From assembly GCA_964432825.1 (NCBI GenBank), contig CAYSOX010000002.1, forward strand, positions 16,188 through 80,187: a stretch of DNA of 64,000 bases, in the 5' to 3' direction. The notes below the pieces were generated by a model, which was not told the DNA's origin, did not search any database, and saw nothing but the letters and a program-made list of their open reading frames with translations. Position 1 is the stretch's first letter, and every line of letters begins with the position of its first letter. The translations under genes and the position numbers were made by a program. Positions 55,417 to 64,000 of this stretch are shown here, in pieces. Source of the DNA: an uncultured Lachnospiraceae bacterium. Its GTDB lineage: Bacteria > Bacillota > Clostridia > Christensenellales > UBA1242.

Positions 55417-57351
55417 ATGAAGATAAGGCTAAACGATGTGAGTGTGTCCTTTGGCGAAAACACCGTGTTGTCGCACATCAATTTTGAAATTAATGAGGGT
55501 GACAAGGTTGCATTAATTGGAAGAAATGGATGCGGAAAGTCCACCTTAATTAAGGTGATAACAGGCGAACAAGATATAGACAAGGTGGAAGAGGGAACTC
55601 ATATAAATAGAATTGAAAAAACGGGTTCGTTTAAAATTGGGCAAATCAAACAGATTACCTTTGATGACGACAGCGCAACCCTAGAAGATGAGGTGCTAAA
55701 AGCATACTCATATATTTTTGATGTTAAAAATAAGATGGAAGAGTTGGAGCGAGTTCTTGAGTCGGGTGCTAGCGAAAAACAAATTGAAAAGTACACCAGA
55801 CTTTGCGAAGACTTTGAACGGATTGGCGGGTATACATATAAAAAAGAATGCAACAAAGCCTTAAAAAACTTCGGATTTACCGAAGAGGAAAAACAAAAGA
55901 AAATTTCGGAATTTTCGGGCGGGCAACGAACAAAAATTGCTTTGATAAAATTGCTTCTTTCAAAACCCGATGTTTTAGTTTTGGATGAGCCAACCAACCA
56001 CTTGGATATTCTTGCAATTGAATGGCTGGAAAATTACCTATTAGAATATAAAAAAGCCGTGCTTGTTGTGTCTCACGACCGTGCATTTTTAGACAAATTC
56101 GTAAATGTGGTTTATGAAATTGAGCGTGGAAAAATGAAACGCTATGTTGGAAATTATACTAAATTTACCGAATTAAAAGAAGCGGAGTATCAAAAACAAT
56201 TAAAGGAATACAATGAGTATAAGTCGGAAGTGGAGAGACTTCACTCGCTTGCCGATAGGTTTAGATATAAAGCCACCAAAGCCACCATGGCGCAAAGTAA
56301 ATTAAAGCAAATAGACCGAATGGAGGTGGTTGAAAAGCCAGAAAGTGCCGACGATAAAGCCTTTCACGGAAACACCGAACCACTAAGGGAAAGTTCAACC
56401 AGTGTATTAAAAGTGGATGAACTAAAAATTGGGTACACCAAACCTTTAAGTGAGGTCACTTTTAGAATAAACAAGGGTGACCGCTTGGGGGTTATTGGCG
56501 AAAATGGAACGGGTAAATCTACACTTTTAAAAACCATTATGGGCAAAGTTCAGCCACTTGGTGGGAAAATAACTTTTGGGACAAATTTAGATATTGAGTA
56601 TTTCGACCAACAGACGGTCAGTGCCAATTTATCCGACCAAACAGTTTTTGATAATTATTCGCATGAGTTTCCCGAACTTTCCATAACCGAAGCACGAACG
56701 GATTTGGGGTCGTTTATGTTTAGCGGAGACGATGTTTTTAAAACCATCAAAGAACTTTCGGGTGGCGAACGCGTACGGCTTGCACTTTGTAAGATTTTTA
56801 AAAAGCGTCCAAATTTTTTAATTTTGGATGAACCAACAAATCACCTAGATATAGTTGGCAAAGTTGCACTTGAAAATATGTTAACGAAATATAAAGGAAC
56901 CATTCTTTTTGTTTCGCACGACCGTTATTTTGTAAAGAAAATTGCGACCACATTACTCAGATTTTCGGGCGGAAAAGCGGAGTTTATTAAGTCCAACTAT
57001 GAAGAATTAAAGGCGAAAGAATTGAGGGATGCTGTAGACCCTAAAGTATTAAAAGCAGAAACTATTGAAGAAATTAAAAATAAAGACATCGAACCCGAGG
57101 AAGAAAAACCAAAGGTTAATGAATATTTGTTAAATAAAGAACGCGCACGAAAGGAAGCCCGCGCAAAGCGAATAGAAAAAGAAATAAATGCCCTAGAAAC
57201 AGAGATTTTAGTTTTGCAAGATGAATATAAAAATCCGCAAATATGTAGTGATTTTAAAAAACTTATGGAGATTGAAACGGCAATTGTTAATCGCGAAACT
57301 AAAATTGAAAGTTTAACCGAAGAGTGGTTTGAATTAACCAGCGAAGAGTAG
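55417..57351 (+). CDS. ABC-F family ATPase (two nucleotide-binding domains, no membrane domain)
   Basis: Two Walker A motifs (GRNGCGKST, GENGTGKST), two signature motifs (FSGGQRTK, LSGGERVR), an interdomain linker and a C-terminal coiled coil. Confidence 0.93.
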   Translation: MKIRLNDVSVSFGENTVLSHINFEINEGDKVALIGRNGCGKSTLIKVITGEQDIDKVEEGTHINRIEKTGSFKIGQIKQITFDDDSATLEDEVLKAYSYIFDVKNKMEELERVLESGASEKQIEKYTRLCEDFERIGGYTYKKECNKALKNFGFTEEEKQKKISEFSGGQRTKIALIKLLLSKPDVLVLDEPTNHLDILAIEWLENYLLEYKKAVLVVSHDRAFLDKFVNVVYEIERGKMKRYVGNYTKFTELKEAEYQKQLKEYNEYKSEVERLHSLADRFRYKATKATMAQSKLKQIDRMEVVEKPESADDKAFHGNTEPLRESSTSVLKVDELKIGYTKPLSEVTFRINKGDRLGVIGENGTGKSTLLKTIMGKVQPLGGKITFGTNLDIEYFDQQTVSANLSDQTVFDNYSHEFPELSITEARTDLGSFMFSGDDVFKTIKELSGGERVRLALCKIFKKRPNFLILDEPTNHLDIVGKVALENMLTKYKGTILFVSHDRYFVKKIATTLLRFSGGKAEFIKSNYEELKAKELRDAVDPKVLKAETIEEIKNKDIEPEEEKPKVNEYLLNKERARKEARAKRIEKEINALETEILVLQDEYKNPQICSDFKKLMEIETAIVNRETKIESLTEEWFELTSEE

Positions 57352-57446
57352 GTTAGAGGTTTTATGAACAAAAAATATGAGACAAAATGTAGACAAGTTA
57401 TATTTTCACCTCGCAAAAATTACAAAAAAAGGAAAAATTAAAGATT

Positions 57447-58313
57447 ATGGCAAAAGAATTTACACGGTGTGGAGAGATAGAACACACCCTTCAAACGACC
57501 TATAGAAGAAAGATTTGGACACCTTTTGTTAAGGCGGTAAAAGATTTTAACCTTGTGCAAAAGGATGATAAAATCGCCGTTTGCATTTCGGGTGGAAAGG
57601 ATTCAATGCTTATGGCTAAACTTTTTCAGATGTTTCAAAGGATATCAAATGTACCATTCGAAATTGTTTATCTTGTTATGAATCCGGGTTATAACGATGC
57701 AAATCTTAATCGTATTGTAGAAAATGCAAAAATTCTCGAAATTCCAATAACCGTTTTTAACACTAAAATATTTGATGCTACTGTTAAAATAGATAAAAAC
57801 CCTTGCTATATTTGTGCAAGAATGCGAAGAGGATATTTGTATTCCGAAGCAAAAAAGTTGGGGTGTAACAAAATTGCACTTGGTCACCATTACACCGATG
57901 TTATAGAAACCACGCTTATGAGTATGTTGCATGGCGGACAAATTCAAGGGATGTTGCCTCGTATAAAAAGTGCAAATTTTGAAGGTATGGAGTTAATCAG
58001 GCCTCTTTATTATGTGCATGAAGATGCAATAATCAATTGGAAAAATCGGAACAATTTAGAGTTTATTGCGTGCGCTTGTCGGATGACCGAAAAAAATGAA
58101 GAACTTGGATATAATACGCCGTCAACACGCCAACAAATCAAATATTTAATTAAAGAACTCAAAAAGACAAATGAGTTTGTTGAAGATAATATTTTTATGA
58201 GTATGCAAAATGTCCAACTAGATACTTGCAGAGGTTGGAAGATTAAAGATAAAAAGTTTTCGTTTATGGAGCGGTTTAATGAGTCTTCAGACGACACGCC
58301 AAAAAATTCTTAA
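57447..58313 (+). CDS. ttcA: PP-loop ATPase of the TtcA-like tRNA thiolation family
   Basis: PP-loop CISGGKDS and Cys motifs (CYICARMRRG, ACACRM). Confidence 0.75.
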   Translation: MAKEFTRCGEIEHTLQTTYRRKIWTPFVKAVKDFNLVQKDDKIAVCISGGKDSMLMAKLFQMFQRISNVPFEIVYLVMNPGYNDANLNRIVENAKILEIPITVFNTKIFDATVKIDKNPCYICARMRRGYLYSEAKKLGCNKIALGHHYTDVIETTLMSMLHGGQIQGMLPRIKSANFEGMELIRPLYYVHEDAIINWKNRNNLEFIACACRMTEKNEELGYNTPSTRQQIKYLIKELKKTNEFVEDNIFMSMQNVQLDTCRGWKIKDKKFSFMERFNESSDDTPKNS

Positions 58314-58341
58314 ATTTTAAAATACATTTTAAGGAGAAAAT

Positions 58342-59604
58342 ATGAAATATTGTGTATACACCTTGGGTTGCAAGGTCAATTATTACGAAAGTGAAGCAAT
58401 TGCAAGCAAACTAAAAGATTTTGGCGAAGTGACGCACTCATTAGAATTTGCTGATGTATACATAATCAATAGTTGTGCTGTTACAAATGAAGCCGAGCAT
58501 AAATCTCGCGGGGTGATTGCAAAAATAAACAAATTAAACCCAAATGCAAAAATTTATGTTTTAGGTTGTTCGTCCGAACTTCACCGCGAAAGTTATTTGG
58601 GTCGGCAGAATGTGGAGGCGGTTTTCGGAACGGAAAATAAGCAATTGGTGTTGGATGTAATTTGCAAGGGGTTAAAGGGGGATTTTGTCCAACCAATTTC
58701 AAAAGAATATTTGGATAATGCAAAAATTTCGGGAGAGCGAATCCGTTCGTTTATAAAAATTCAAGATGGGTGCAACAACTTTTGTACCTATTGCATAATT
58801 CCCTACACTAGGGGAAGAGAAAGAAGTCGCGACCTTAAATCAATAGAACAAGAGTTAGGTGAGGTTGCAAAAAATTCAAAAGAAATAGTTTTAGTTGGCA
58901 TTAACATCGCGGGCTACGGAAAAGATTTGAAGCCTCAAAAAACCTTGGTGGATGTGGTTAATTTATTTAAAAATTACCCCCAAATAAGGCTAAGATTTTC
59001 ATCTTTTGAAATGGGTGTAATAACCGATGAATTACTTTCAACGCTTGCAAAAATGCCTAATTTTTGCCCGTTTTTTCACCTTGCATTGCAGTCGGGTGAC
59101 GATGAAACACTTAAAAAAATGAACCGAAAGTATACAACAGAAGAATATCTTTTGGCGGTGCAAAAGATTAGAAAGTATTTTAAAGATGCAACAATTTCAA
59201 CCGATATAATTGTTGGTTTTCCAACTGAAACAGAAGAACAATTTAACAATAGTTTAAACTTTGTTAAAAAGTGCAATTTTGCATTTATGCACATCTTTCC
59301 ATACAGCAAAAGAAGTGGAACGGTTGCTGAGCGTTTTGGAATTTTAAATGGCGAAATTGTAAAAAATAGGGTTCTGCGAATGAAAGAAGTAGAAAAAGAT
59401 TTGAAGGCTAGATTTTTGCGGTTAAAACTCGGCAAAGAAGACGAAGTTTTGGTGGAAAATTATCAAAAAGGACTTTTAAAAGGCTTTACAAAAGGTTATG
59501 AAAAATGCTATATTAAAAGTGACAATCTAAGTTTGGTAAACCAAATTGTGAAGGTTAAAATAATAGAACCGTTTGCAGATGGCGTTAGGGCTGAAATAAT
59601 ATAG
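58342..59604 (+). CDS. mtaB: Radical-SAM methylthiotransferase, MtaB/MiaB-like
   Basis: N-terminal UPF0004 cysteines (TLGCKVNYYES..NSCAV..GC), the radical-SAM motif CNNFCTYC, and a TRAM-like C-terminus. Confidence 0.85.
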   Translation: MKYCVYTLGCKVNYYESEAIASKLKDFGEVTHSLEFADVYIINSCAVTNEAEHKSRGVIAKINKLNPNAKIYVLGCSSELHRESYLGRQNVEAVFGTENKQLVLDVICKGLKGDFVQPISKEYLDNAKISGERIRSFIKIQDGCNNFCTYCIIPYTRGRERSRDLKSIEQELGEVAKNSKEIVLVGINIAGYGKDLKPQKTLVDVVNLFKNYPQIRLRFSSFEMGVITDELLSTLAKMPNFCPFFHLALQSGDDETLKKMNRKYTTEEYLLAVQKIRKYFKDATISTDIIVGFPTETEEQFNNSLNFVKKCNFAFMHIFPYSKRSGTVAERFGILNGEIVKNRVLRMKEVEKDLKARFLRLKLGKEDEVLVENYQKGLLKGFTKGYEKCYIKSDNLSLVNQIVKVKIIEPFADGVRAEII

Positions 59605-59947
59605 TCATTAATAATTAAAGAGAATTAGTGCAAATTTTACTAATGTGTAAATTTTAAACTTTTAAGCAAGTTGGTACAACTTTTAATTTTAAACCCAGCC
59701 AGTTTAATATTTTAAACTTTTAAGCATAATTGTAATAAGTTTAAACTTTTAACTATTTTATTGCGAAATTTTTATACATTTAATCCCAATTAGCGTAATA
59801 ATTTCAACTATTTAAGTAATTAGTACAAAACCTTTGAATTTTAACCTAAATTAGTACAAAACCTTTAACTTTTAGGTTGTTTAACACAAACTTTTAAGCA
59901 AGTTTTGGTTCTAAACGAAGATGTTTTAATATTTTAAGGAGAAAAAT

Positions 59948-60340
59948 ATGGATAAAGACTGCATTTTTTGTAAGATAATAAAGGGAGAAATTCCAAGTGC
60001 GAAAATTTATGAGGATGACCAGACTATGGCATTTTTAGATGTTTCAGCCGAAACTTTGGGACACACATTGGTTGTTAGTAAAACGCATACAAAAAACTTT
60101 GCTGAAACGCCGACCGAGGTTTTAAATAGCGTGATTTCAGTTGTTCAAAAAATCGCAAATCACTATTTAAAATGTGGGTTTGACGGCTTTAAAGTTGTCA
60201 CCAATAATGGCGAAAGTTCGGGGCAATCGGTTATGCATTTGCATTTTCACATTTTGCCAAGTGTGAATAGTGAGAACACAAAGTTTTCTGGGTTAAAAAA
60301 AGAGGATTTAAAATCTGTTTGTGAAAGACTTAAGTTTTAG
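59948..60340 (+). CDS. HIT-family hydrolase
   Basis: CIFCKII and the histidine triad HLHFHILP. Confidence 0.85.
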   Translation: MDKDCIFCKIIKGEIPSAKIYEDDQTMAFLDVSAETLGHTLVVSKTHTKNFAETPTEVLNSVISVVQKIANHYLKCGFDGFKVVTNNGESSGQSVMHLHFHILPSVNSENTKFSGLKKEDLKSVCERLKF

Positions 60341-60471
60341 GTAAAATTTTGGATATTATACAAAAGCCAGCAATTAGCCGGACTGATTTTGTATAGCGGT
60401 ACGCTTAAAAATAAATTTGTGACAAAAAACATCAAAAATTGGAAAAATATTGCTAAATCGCTGTGAAACCC

Positions 60472-60500
60472 TTGACAAATAATGGTTTGAGTGATAAAAT
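60472..60500 (+). promoter_or_regulatory. Candidate promoter of rpsU
   Basis: TTGACA (60472-60477), a 17-nt spacer, then TGA-TAAAAT (-10 at 60495-60500). Confidence 0.65.
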
Positions 60501-60538
60501 ATCACAAGAATTTTACAAAAAGCGGGGTGAAAACAGTA

Positions 60539-60721
60539 ATGAGTACCGTAAAACTAGGTGAAAATGAATCTCTAGACAGTGCTATCAAGCGTTTTAAAAG
60601 AAAATGCCAAAAGGACGGCATTATCGGTGATATCCGTAAAAAAGAGGCTTATGTTAAGCCAGGCGTTAAGAAGAAAATGAAATCAGAAGCCGCAAGAAAG
60701 AGAAACCGTAAGAACGGTTAA
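60539..60721 (+). CDS. rpsU: 30S ribosomal protein S21
   Basis: MSTVKLGENESLDSAIKRFKRKCQKDGI..RKKEAYVKPG. Start moved to the internal ATG after GGGGTGA. Confidence 0.9.
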   Translation: MSTVKLGENESLDSAIKRFKRKCQKDGIIGDIRKKEAYVKPGVKKKMKSEAARKRNRKNG

Positions 60722-60729
60722 TTCAAATT

Positions 60730-60756
60730 AACTTCCCCCAAAAGGAAGTTTTTTTG
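60730..60756 (+). terminator. Intrinsic terminator after rpsU
   Basis: AACTTCC pairs with GGAAGTT, loop CCCAAAA, then T6. Confidence 0.75.
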
Positions 60757-60822
60757 TTATTAAAAACAAAACAAAAAGAACAAGAAAATAATATTGTGAA
60801 TACAATATAAAAGGAGGAGTTT

Positions 60823-61263
60823 ATGTTAGATGTTAAAAAACCATGGATTAAACTTATTATATGGGTGTCTGCATTTGTAAGCCCAATAGTTTATGCATTA
60901 GTTGGCGGATTTATATTTTTAAGTGTAGAGGACGAAGAGTTAAGAGAGGAGAATAAAAAAGTTTTTAAAATAGGATTAATATTTTTATGTTGCTCAATTT
61001 TAATGTCTGTTTGGTCGCATATCTTAGGAATGGTTGAATACACCTATGGTTCGCACCGAGCATACACAGTGGCTTCAAATGTTGTTTCATTAATTAAGAT
61101 TTTGTGCTTCGTTGCCTTTGGAATGGTTGCATTATTTAAAAAAACTGAAAAATGTTCGTGTTGTTGTGGACATTCGCATGAGTGCGGGGAGCATTCAAGC
61201 GAAGAAGATTTTGACGAAATGCATGATGATACACTAGACGGTTCAGACGAAGAAGAATTTTAA
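60823..61263 (+). CDS. Hypothetical membrane protein with a Cys/His cluster and acidic tail
   Basis: RBS AAGGAGGAG. Four hydrophobic segments, then KCSCCCGHSHECGEH and a D/E-rich C-terminus. Confidence 0.6.
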   Translation: MLDVKKPWIKLIIWVSAFVSPIVYALVGGFIFLSVEDEELREENKKVFKIGLIFLCCSILMSVWSHILGMVEYTYGSHRAYTVASNVVSLIKILCFVAFGMVALFKKTEKCSCCCGHSHECGEHSSEEDFDEMHDDTLDGSDEEEF

Positions 61264-61546
61264 TAAGATTACTTTTTAGAACAGATTTTCAAAATGTAAA
61301 AAATACAAGCAAAATAGCGAAGTGGAATTTTATTTGCCAAAGCAAAGTAAGATTCGCTTCAAATAGTTGCTTGTATTTTTTTGTTAAAATTAAAAATTTT
61401 AAATAAAAACTATACATTTTTTACAACAAAACAATTTTATAAAATGTTATATAGCAATTTGATAAGCAGAAAAATTGCTAAGTTATTAAAATTTAAAAAG
61501 ACAAAAATTTAAGTTTGGTTAAGATAAAAATACAATAATAAAAGCA

Positions 61547-62770
61547 TTATATCAAACCCACTGGTATCAAGGAGTGTTGTTCATTTATTGGATGAAGTTT
61601 ATCTATTAGACATATTATCCCACCATTTTTAATATTTTTCCCCGTTTTTTCTAGAACTTTAAATTTTTCTATGTCTCGTTTATTTGGATTTGCTGAAAGT
61701 TTTACTTCAAGCGGTGTTATCCCCTCTTGGTCTTCAATTAAAATATCAATTTCATTTTGGTCTATGTCTCTATAAAAGTATATATTTCTTTCGTACGAAC
61801 TTAATGAATTTTTTATCATAAGTTGGTTCATTACAAAGTTTTCAAAGTATGCACCTGCAAGTGCAGAAGATAACAAGGTTTGTTTTGATGGAATTTTTGC
61901 AAGAAATGAACATAATCCGCTGTCAAAAAAGTATAATTTTGGGGATTTTGTAAGTCTCTTTAACCCGTTGTTAAAATAAGGTTGAACTAAATATACAATG
62001 CCTATTCCTTGTAGTAGTGCTAGCCACTCTTTTGCTGTAGGTTCGGTAATGTTTGATGCTGTTGCAAGGTTTGTATAGTTTACAATGGTTGCATTTTGAG
62101 TTGCACAAGCAGTTAAAAATTTCTTAAACTTTACGGCATCGGTAATTTTTCCCAGTTCAAAAACATCTTTCATTAAAAATGTATCCACATAAGATTTGAA
62201 ATATTCATTTCGCATTTCCTCGGTATAACCAATGGTTTTAGGCATTCCACCATTAAAAATATATTCGAACACTTCATTTAATTCTAGTGTTTTACAAAAT
62301 GTTCGGTTTTTTAGTGTGTCAAAATTAAAGTCTGAAGGTAAATCATACAAGTTTTTACTAAATTCGCAGGGTGTAAGAGAATAAATATTCATAATTCCTA
62401 CACGCCCAGCAAGGGATTCGGAAATGTTTTTCATAATTTTGTAACTTTGCGAACCGCTCAACCAAAATTCGCCCGCTTGTTGGTGATTATCCGCCATTAA
62501 TTTAATATACGAAAATAGGTTTGGTGCATATTGTATTTCGTCAATTAAAATAGGTGTAGGGTATTTTTGAAAAAATAATTTGGGGTCGTTGATTGCAAGG
62601 TCTCTATCATCCAAGTCGTCTAAAGTAACATATGTTCGGTTAAAATCTTGTGCAAAATGTTTTAGCATAGTCGTTTTCCCGACTTGTCGGGGTCCACACA
62701 CAAGAACAACTTGAAACATTGAATTTAATAATTTAAATTTTTTTTCTGCTAGTCTATTAAGATAATCCAT
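61547..62770 (-). CDS. AAA+ ATPase with a DUF4143-type C-terminal domain
   Basis: Walker A VCGPRQVGKTT and Walker B ILIDEIQ. 407 aa, typical of the COG1373-like family. Confidence 0.85.
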   Translation of the reverse strand: MDYLNRLAEKKFKLLNSMFQVVLVCGPRQVGKTTMLKHFAQDFNRTYVTLDDLDDRDLAINDPKLFFQKYPTPILIDEIQYAPNLFSYIKLMADNHQQAGEFWLSGSQSYKIMKNISESLAGRVGIMNIYSLTPCEFSKNLYDLPSDFNFDTLKNRTFCKTLELNEVFEYIFNGGMPKTIGYTEEMRNEYFKSYVDTFLMKDVFELGKITDAVKFKKFLTACATQNATIVNYTNLATASNITEPTAKEWLALLQGIGIVYLVQPYFNNGLKRLTKSPKLYFFDSGLCSFLAKIPSKQTLLSSALAGAYFENFVMNQLMIKNSLSSYERNIYFYRDIDQNEIDILIEDQEGITPLEVKLSANPNKRDIEKFKVLEKTGKNIKNGGIICLIDKLHPINEQHSLIPVGLI

Positions 62771-63007
62771 AATTCCTCCGAGTAATCTAAAGTCGACTTT
62801 ATTTTACTCGGATTGATTGTAAATGTCAACTTCATCTGTGCGGTTTTTTGTATTTTTATATAAAAGTTTGAAGGAAATGTTGATAGATGTCAGAGTTTTT
62901 TTGGTGTATAGGAATATACTGAAGTTAAGAAAGGGTGGGTTTTAATTTGACAATATATGACAAAATATGTTACCTTTAATTGTGGAAAACTAAAGGAAGG
63001 TAATAAT

Positions 63008-63526
63008 ATGCTAACAGGAAAAGAAATTTTAAAAAATATTGATAATGGGAATATAGTTATAAAGCCGTTTAACTTAAAACAGTTAAACCCAAATAGTTAC
63101 AATATTACGCTTAATCGTGAATTATTGGTTTACGACTGTGATGTTTTAGATATGAAGCAGGCAAATCCAACAAAAAAGATTATAATTCCAGACGAAGGTT
63201 TGGTTTTGGAACCAAATAAACTATATTTAGGGCGAACCAATGAATACACCGAAACACGAAATTTGGTTCCGTGTATAGACGGCAGAAGCAGTGTAGGAAG
63301 GTTGGGGCTTTTTATCCACGTAACTGCCGGTTTTGGCGATGTGGGGTTTAGAGGCACATGGACGCTTGAAATTCAGTGCATACAGCCTATCCGGATTTAT
63401 CCTAATGTCGAAATTGGACAACTTCATTATGAGTTGGTGCAAGGTGAATGCACCGAATATAAAGGGAAATACCTAAACCAAGTAAATGCAACACCAAGTA
63501 AGTTCAACCAAGATTTTGATAATTAG
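63008..63526 (+). CDS. dcd: dCTP deaminase
   Basis: GRSSVGRLGLFIHVTAGFGDVGFRGTWTLEI. Start moved to MLTGKEIL after AAGGAAGG. Confidence 0.9.
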   Translation: MLTGKEILKNIDNGNIVIKPFNLKQLNPNSYNITLNRELLVYDCDVLDMKQANPTKKIIIPDEGLVLEPNKLYLGRTNEYTETRNLVPCIDGRSSVGRLGLFIHVTAGFGDVGFRGTWTLEIQCIQPIRIYPNVEIGQLHYELVQGECTEYKGKYLNQVNATPSKFNQDFDN

Positions 63527-64000
63527 TTCCGCCCCGCCGAATAGAAAGGTTCCGCTCGACATTTACCGGATGGGCGGAAGTGATTGTTCGTATCTTTGTT
63601 CATCTTTTCGGTAAAATTTAATATCCCGCCCGTCTAAACCGAACGGGCGGAACAAATTGTCCGTATCTTTGCTTGCCTTTTGAGTTAAAACGCCCAAAAC
63701 AGAACCCCGACAGGGTAACCTAGTCGGGAGCCTGTGTTGGGTGTTTTATTCTCAAAATTCAAGCGAACCTACTGGAAAGTGTCACAGCGGGAGAAAAGTT
63801 TAAATGTTAAAGTTTTGATGCCCTATATTAAATTTTAGGGCAACCTATTCCTTTTAATTTCCCTCGAAAATTTAAACAAATCTACTAGGGTAATTTTCTA
63901 TATATGGCAAGGTGGTGGTGATTTGTTTTTGAATATATAAAATTGCACCACAAAATTGTGGTGCAATGTAGGGCGGTTTACAACCGCCCCCGCCGAACCT
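63527..64000. repeat. Structured GC-rich modular repeat, copy B (inverted relative to copy A; runs to the window edge)
   Basis: Alpha module at 63551-63618 and beta module at 63625-63687, in tandem. A long hairpin at about 63677-63760. Further GC hairpins follow: TTGCACCACA/TGTGGTGCAA at about 63943-63967 and GGGCGG..CCGCCC at about 63971-63989. The string CCGCCCC(C)GCCGAA occurs at both 63529 and 63985. Confidence 0.8.

Noticed and set aside
2328-58723. Many 60-140-aa ORFs antisense to, or out of frame within, dnaA, dnaN, mnmE, mnmG, ftsH, lepB, degV, ychF, asnS, glmM, the ABC-F gene, mtaB and others.
   Set aside because: Each lies entirely inside a longer gene with clear homology motifs. 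They lack an RBS and have skewed, low-complexity composition.
1-64000. An alternative genetic code (for example UGA=Trp as in Mycoplasma) as an explanation for the long ORF-free stretches.
   Set aside because: All housekeeping genes are full-length under the standard code, and the spacers are interrupted by TAA and TAG as well as TGA in every frame I read.

Overview
This window is the replication-origin region of a low-GC bacterial chromosome that uses the standard genetic code and looks Bacillota/Mollicutes-like. Housekeeping genes I recognise: dnaA-dnaN; jag-yidC-yidD-rnpA-rpmH (minus strand); mnmE-mnmG; a polysaccharide deacetylase; ndk; parB-parA; tRNA-Arg(UCG); cvpA-like; ftsH; lepB; degV; ychF; rsmE; ldh; asnS; mscL; glmM; an ABC-F ATPase; a ttcA-like gene; mtaB; hit; rpsU; a DUF4143 AAA+ ATPase; and dcd. 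About 15 further ORFs have no recognisable function. By my gene calls about 19 kb of 64 kb (about 30%) is non-coding, which is unusually high for a bacterium. I saw no CRISPR array, transposase, integrase, reverse transcriptase or recognisable defence gene. Items most worth follow-up: (1) a 3.66-kb ORF-free, purine-skewed spacer (6663..10322) with internal degenerate repeat modules, which could be a giant ncRNA locus or decayed DNA; (2) a dense centromere-like cluster of parS sites (3 perfect, 3 near-perfect, 3 half-sites) inside a 1.2-kb ORF-free stretch 4-5 kb from parAB; (3) an Asn-codon-rich leader peptide plus terminator/antiterminator upstream of asnS, where a T-box would be expected; (4) a modular GC-rich hairpin repeat family present as two inverted copies 12 kb apart (51.4 kb and 63.5 kb), with compensatory base changes in its stems; (5) a roughly 3% GC block upstream of dnaA together with clusters of a non-canonical DnaA-box-like 9-mer (TTTTCAACA) flanking dnaN; (6) a four-gene operon made of two tandemly duplicated gene pairs of unknown function; (7) a 210-aa Lys/Ser/Cys-rich protein next to an ABC-exporter-like protein with a degenerate ATPase domain; (8) a 300-bp G-poor heptamer tract directly after the tRNA-Arg terminator. 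All functional calls come from reading motifs by eye. No database search or folding program was run.
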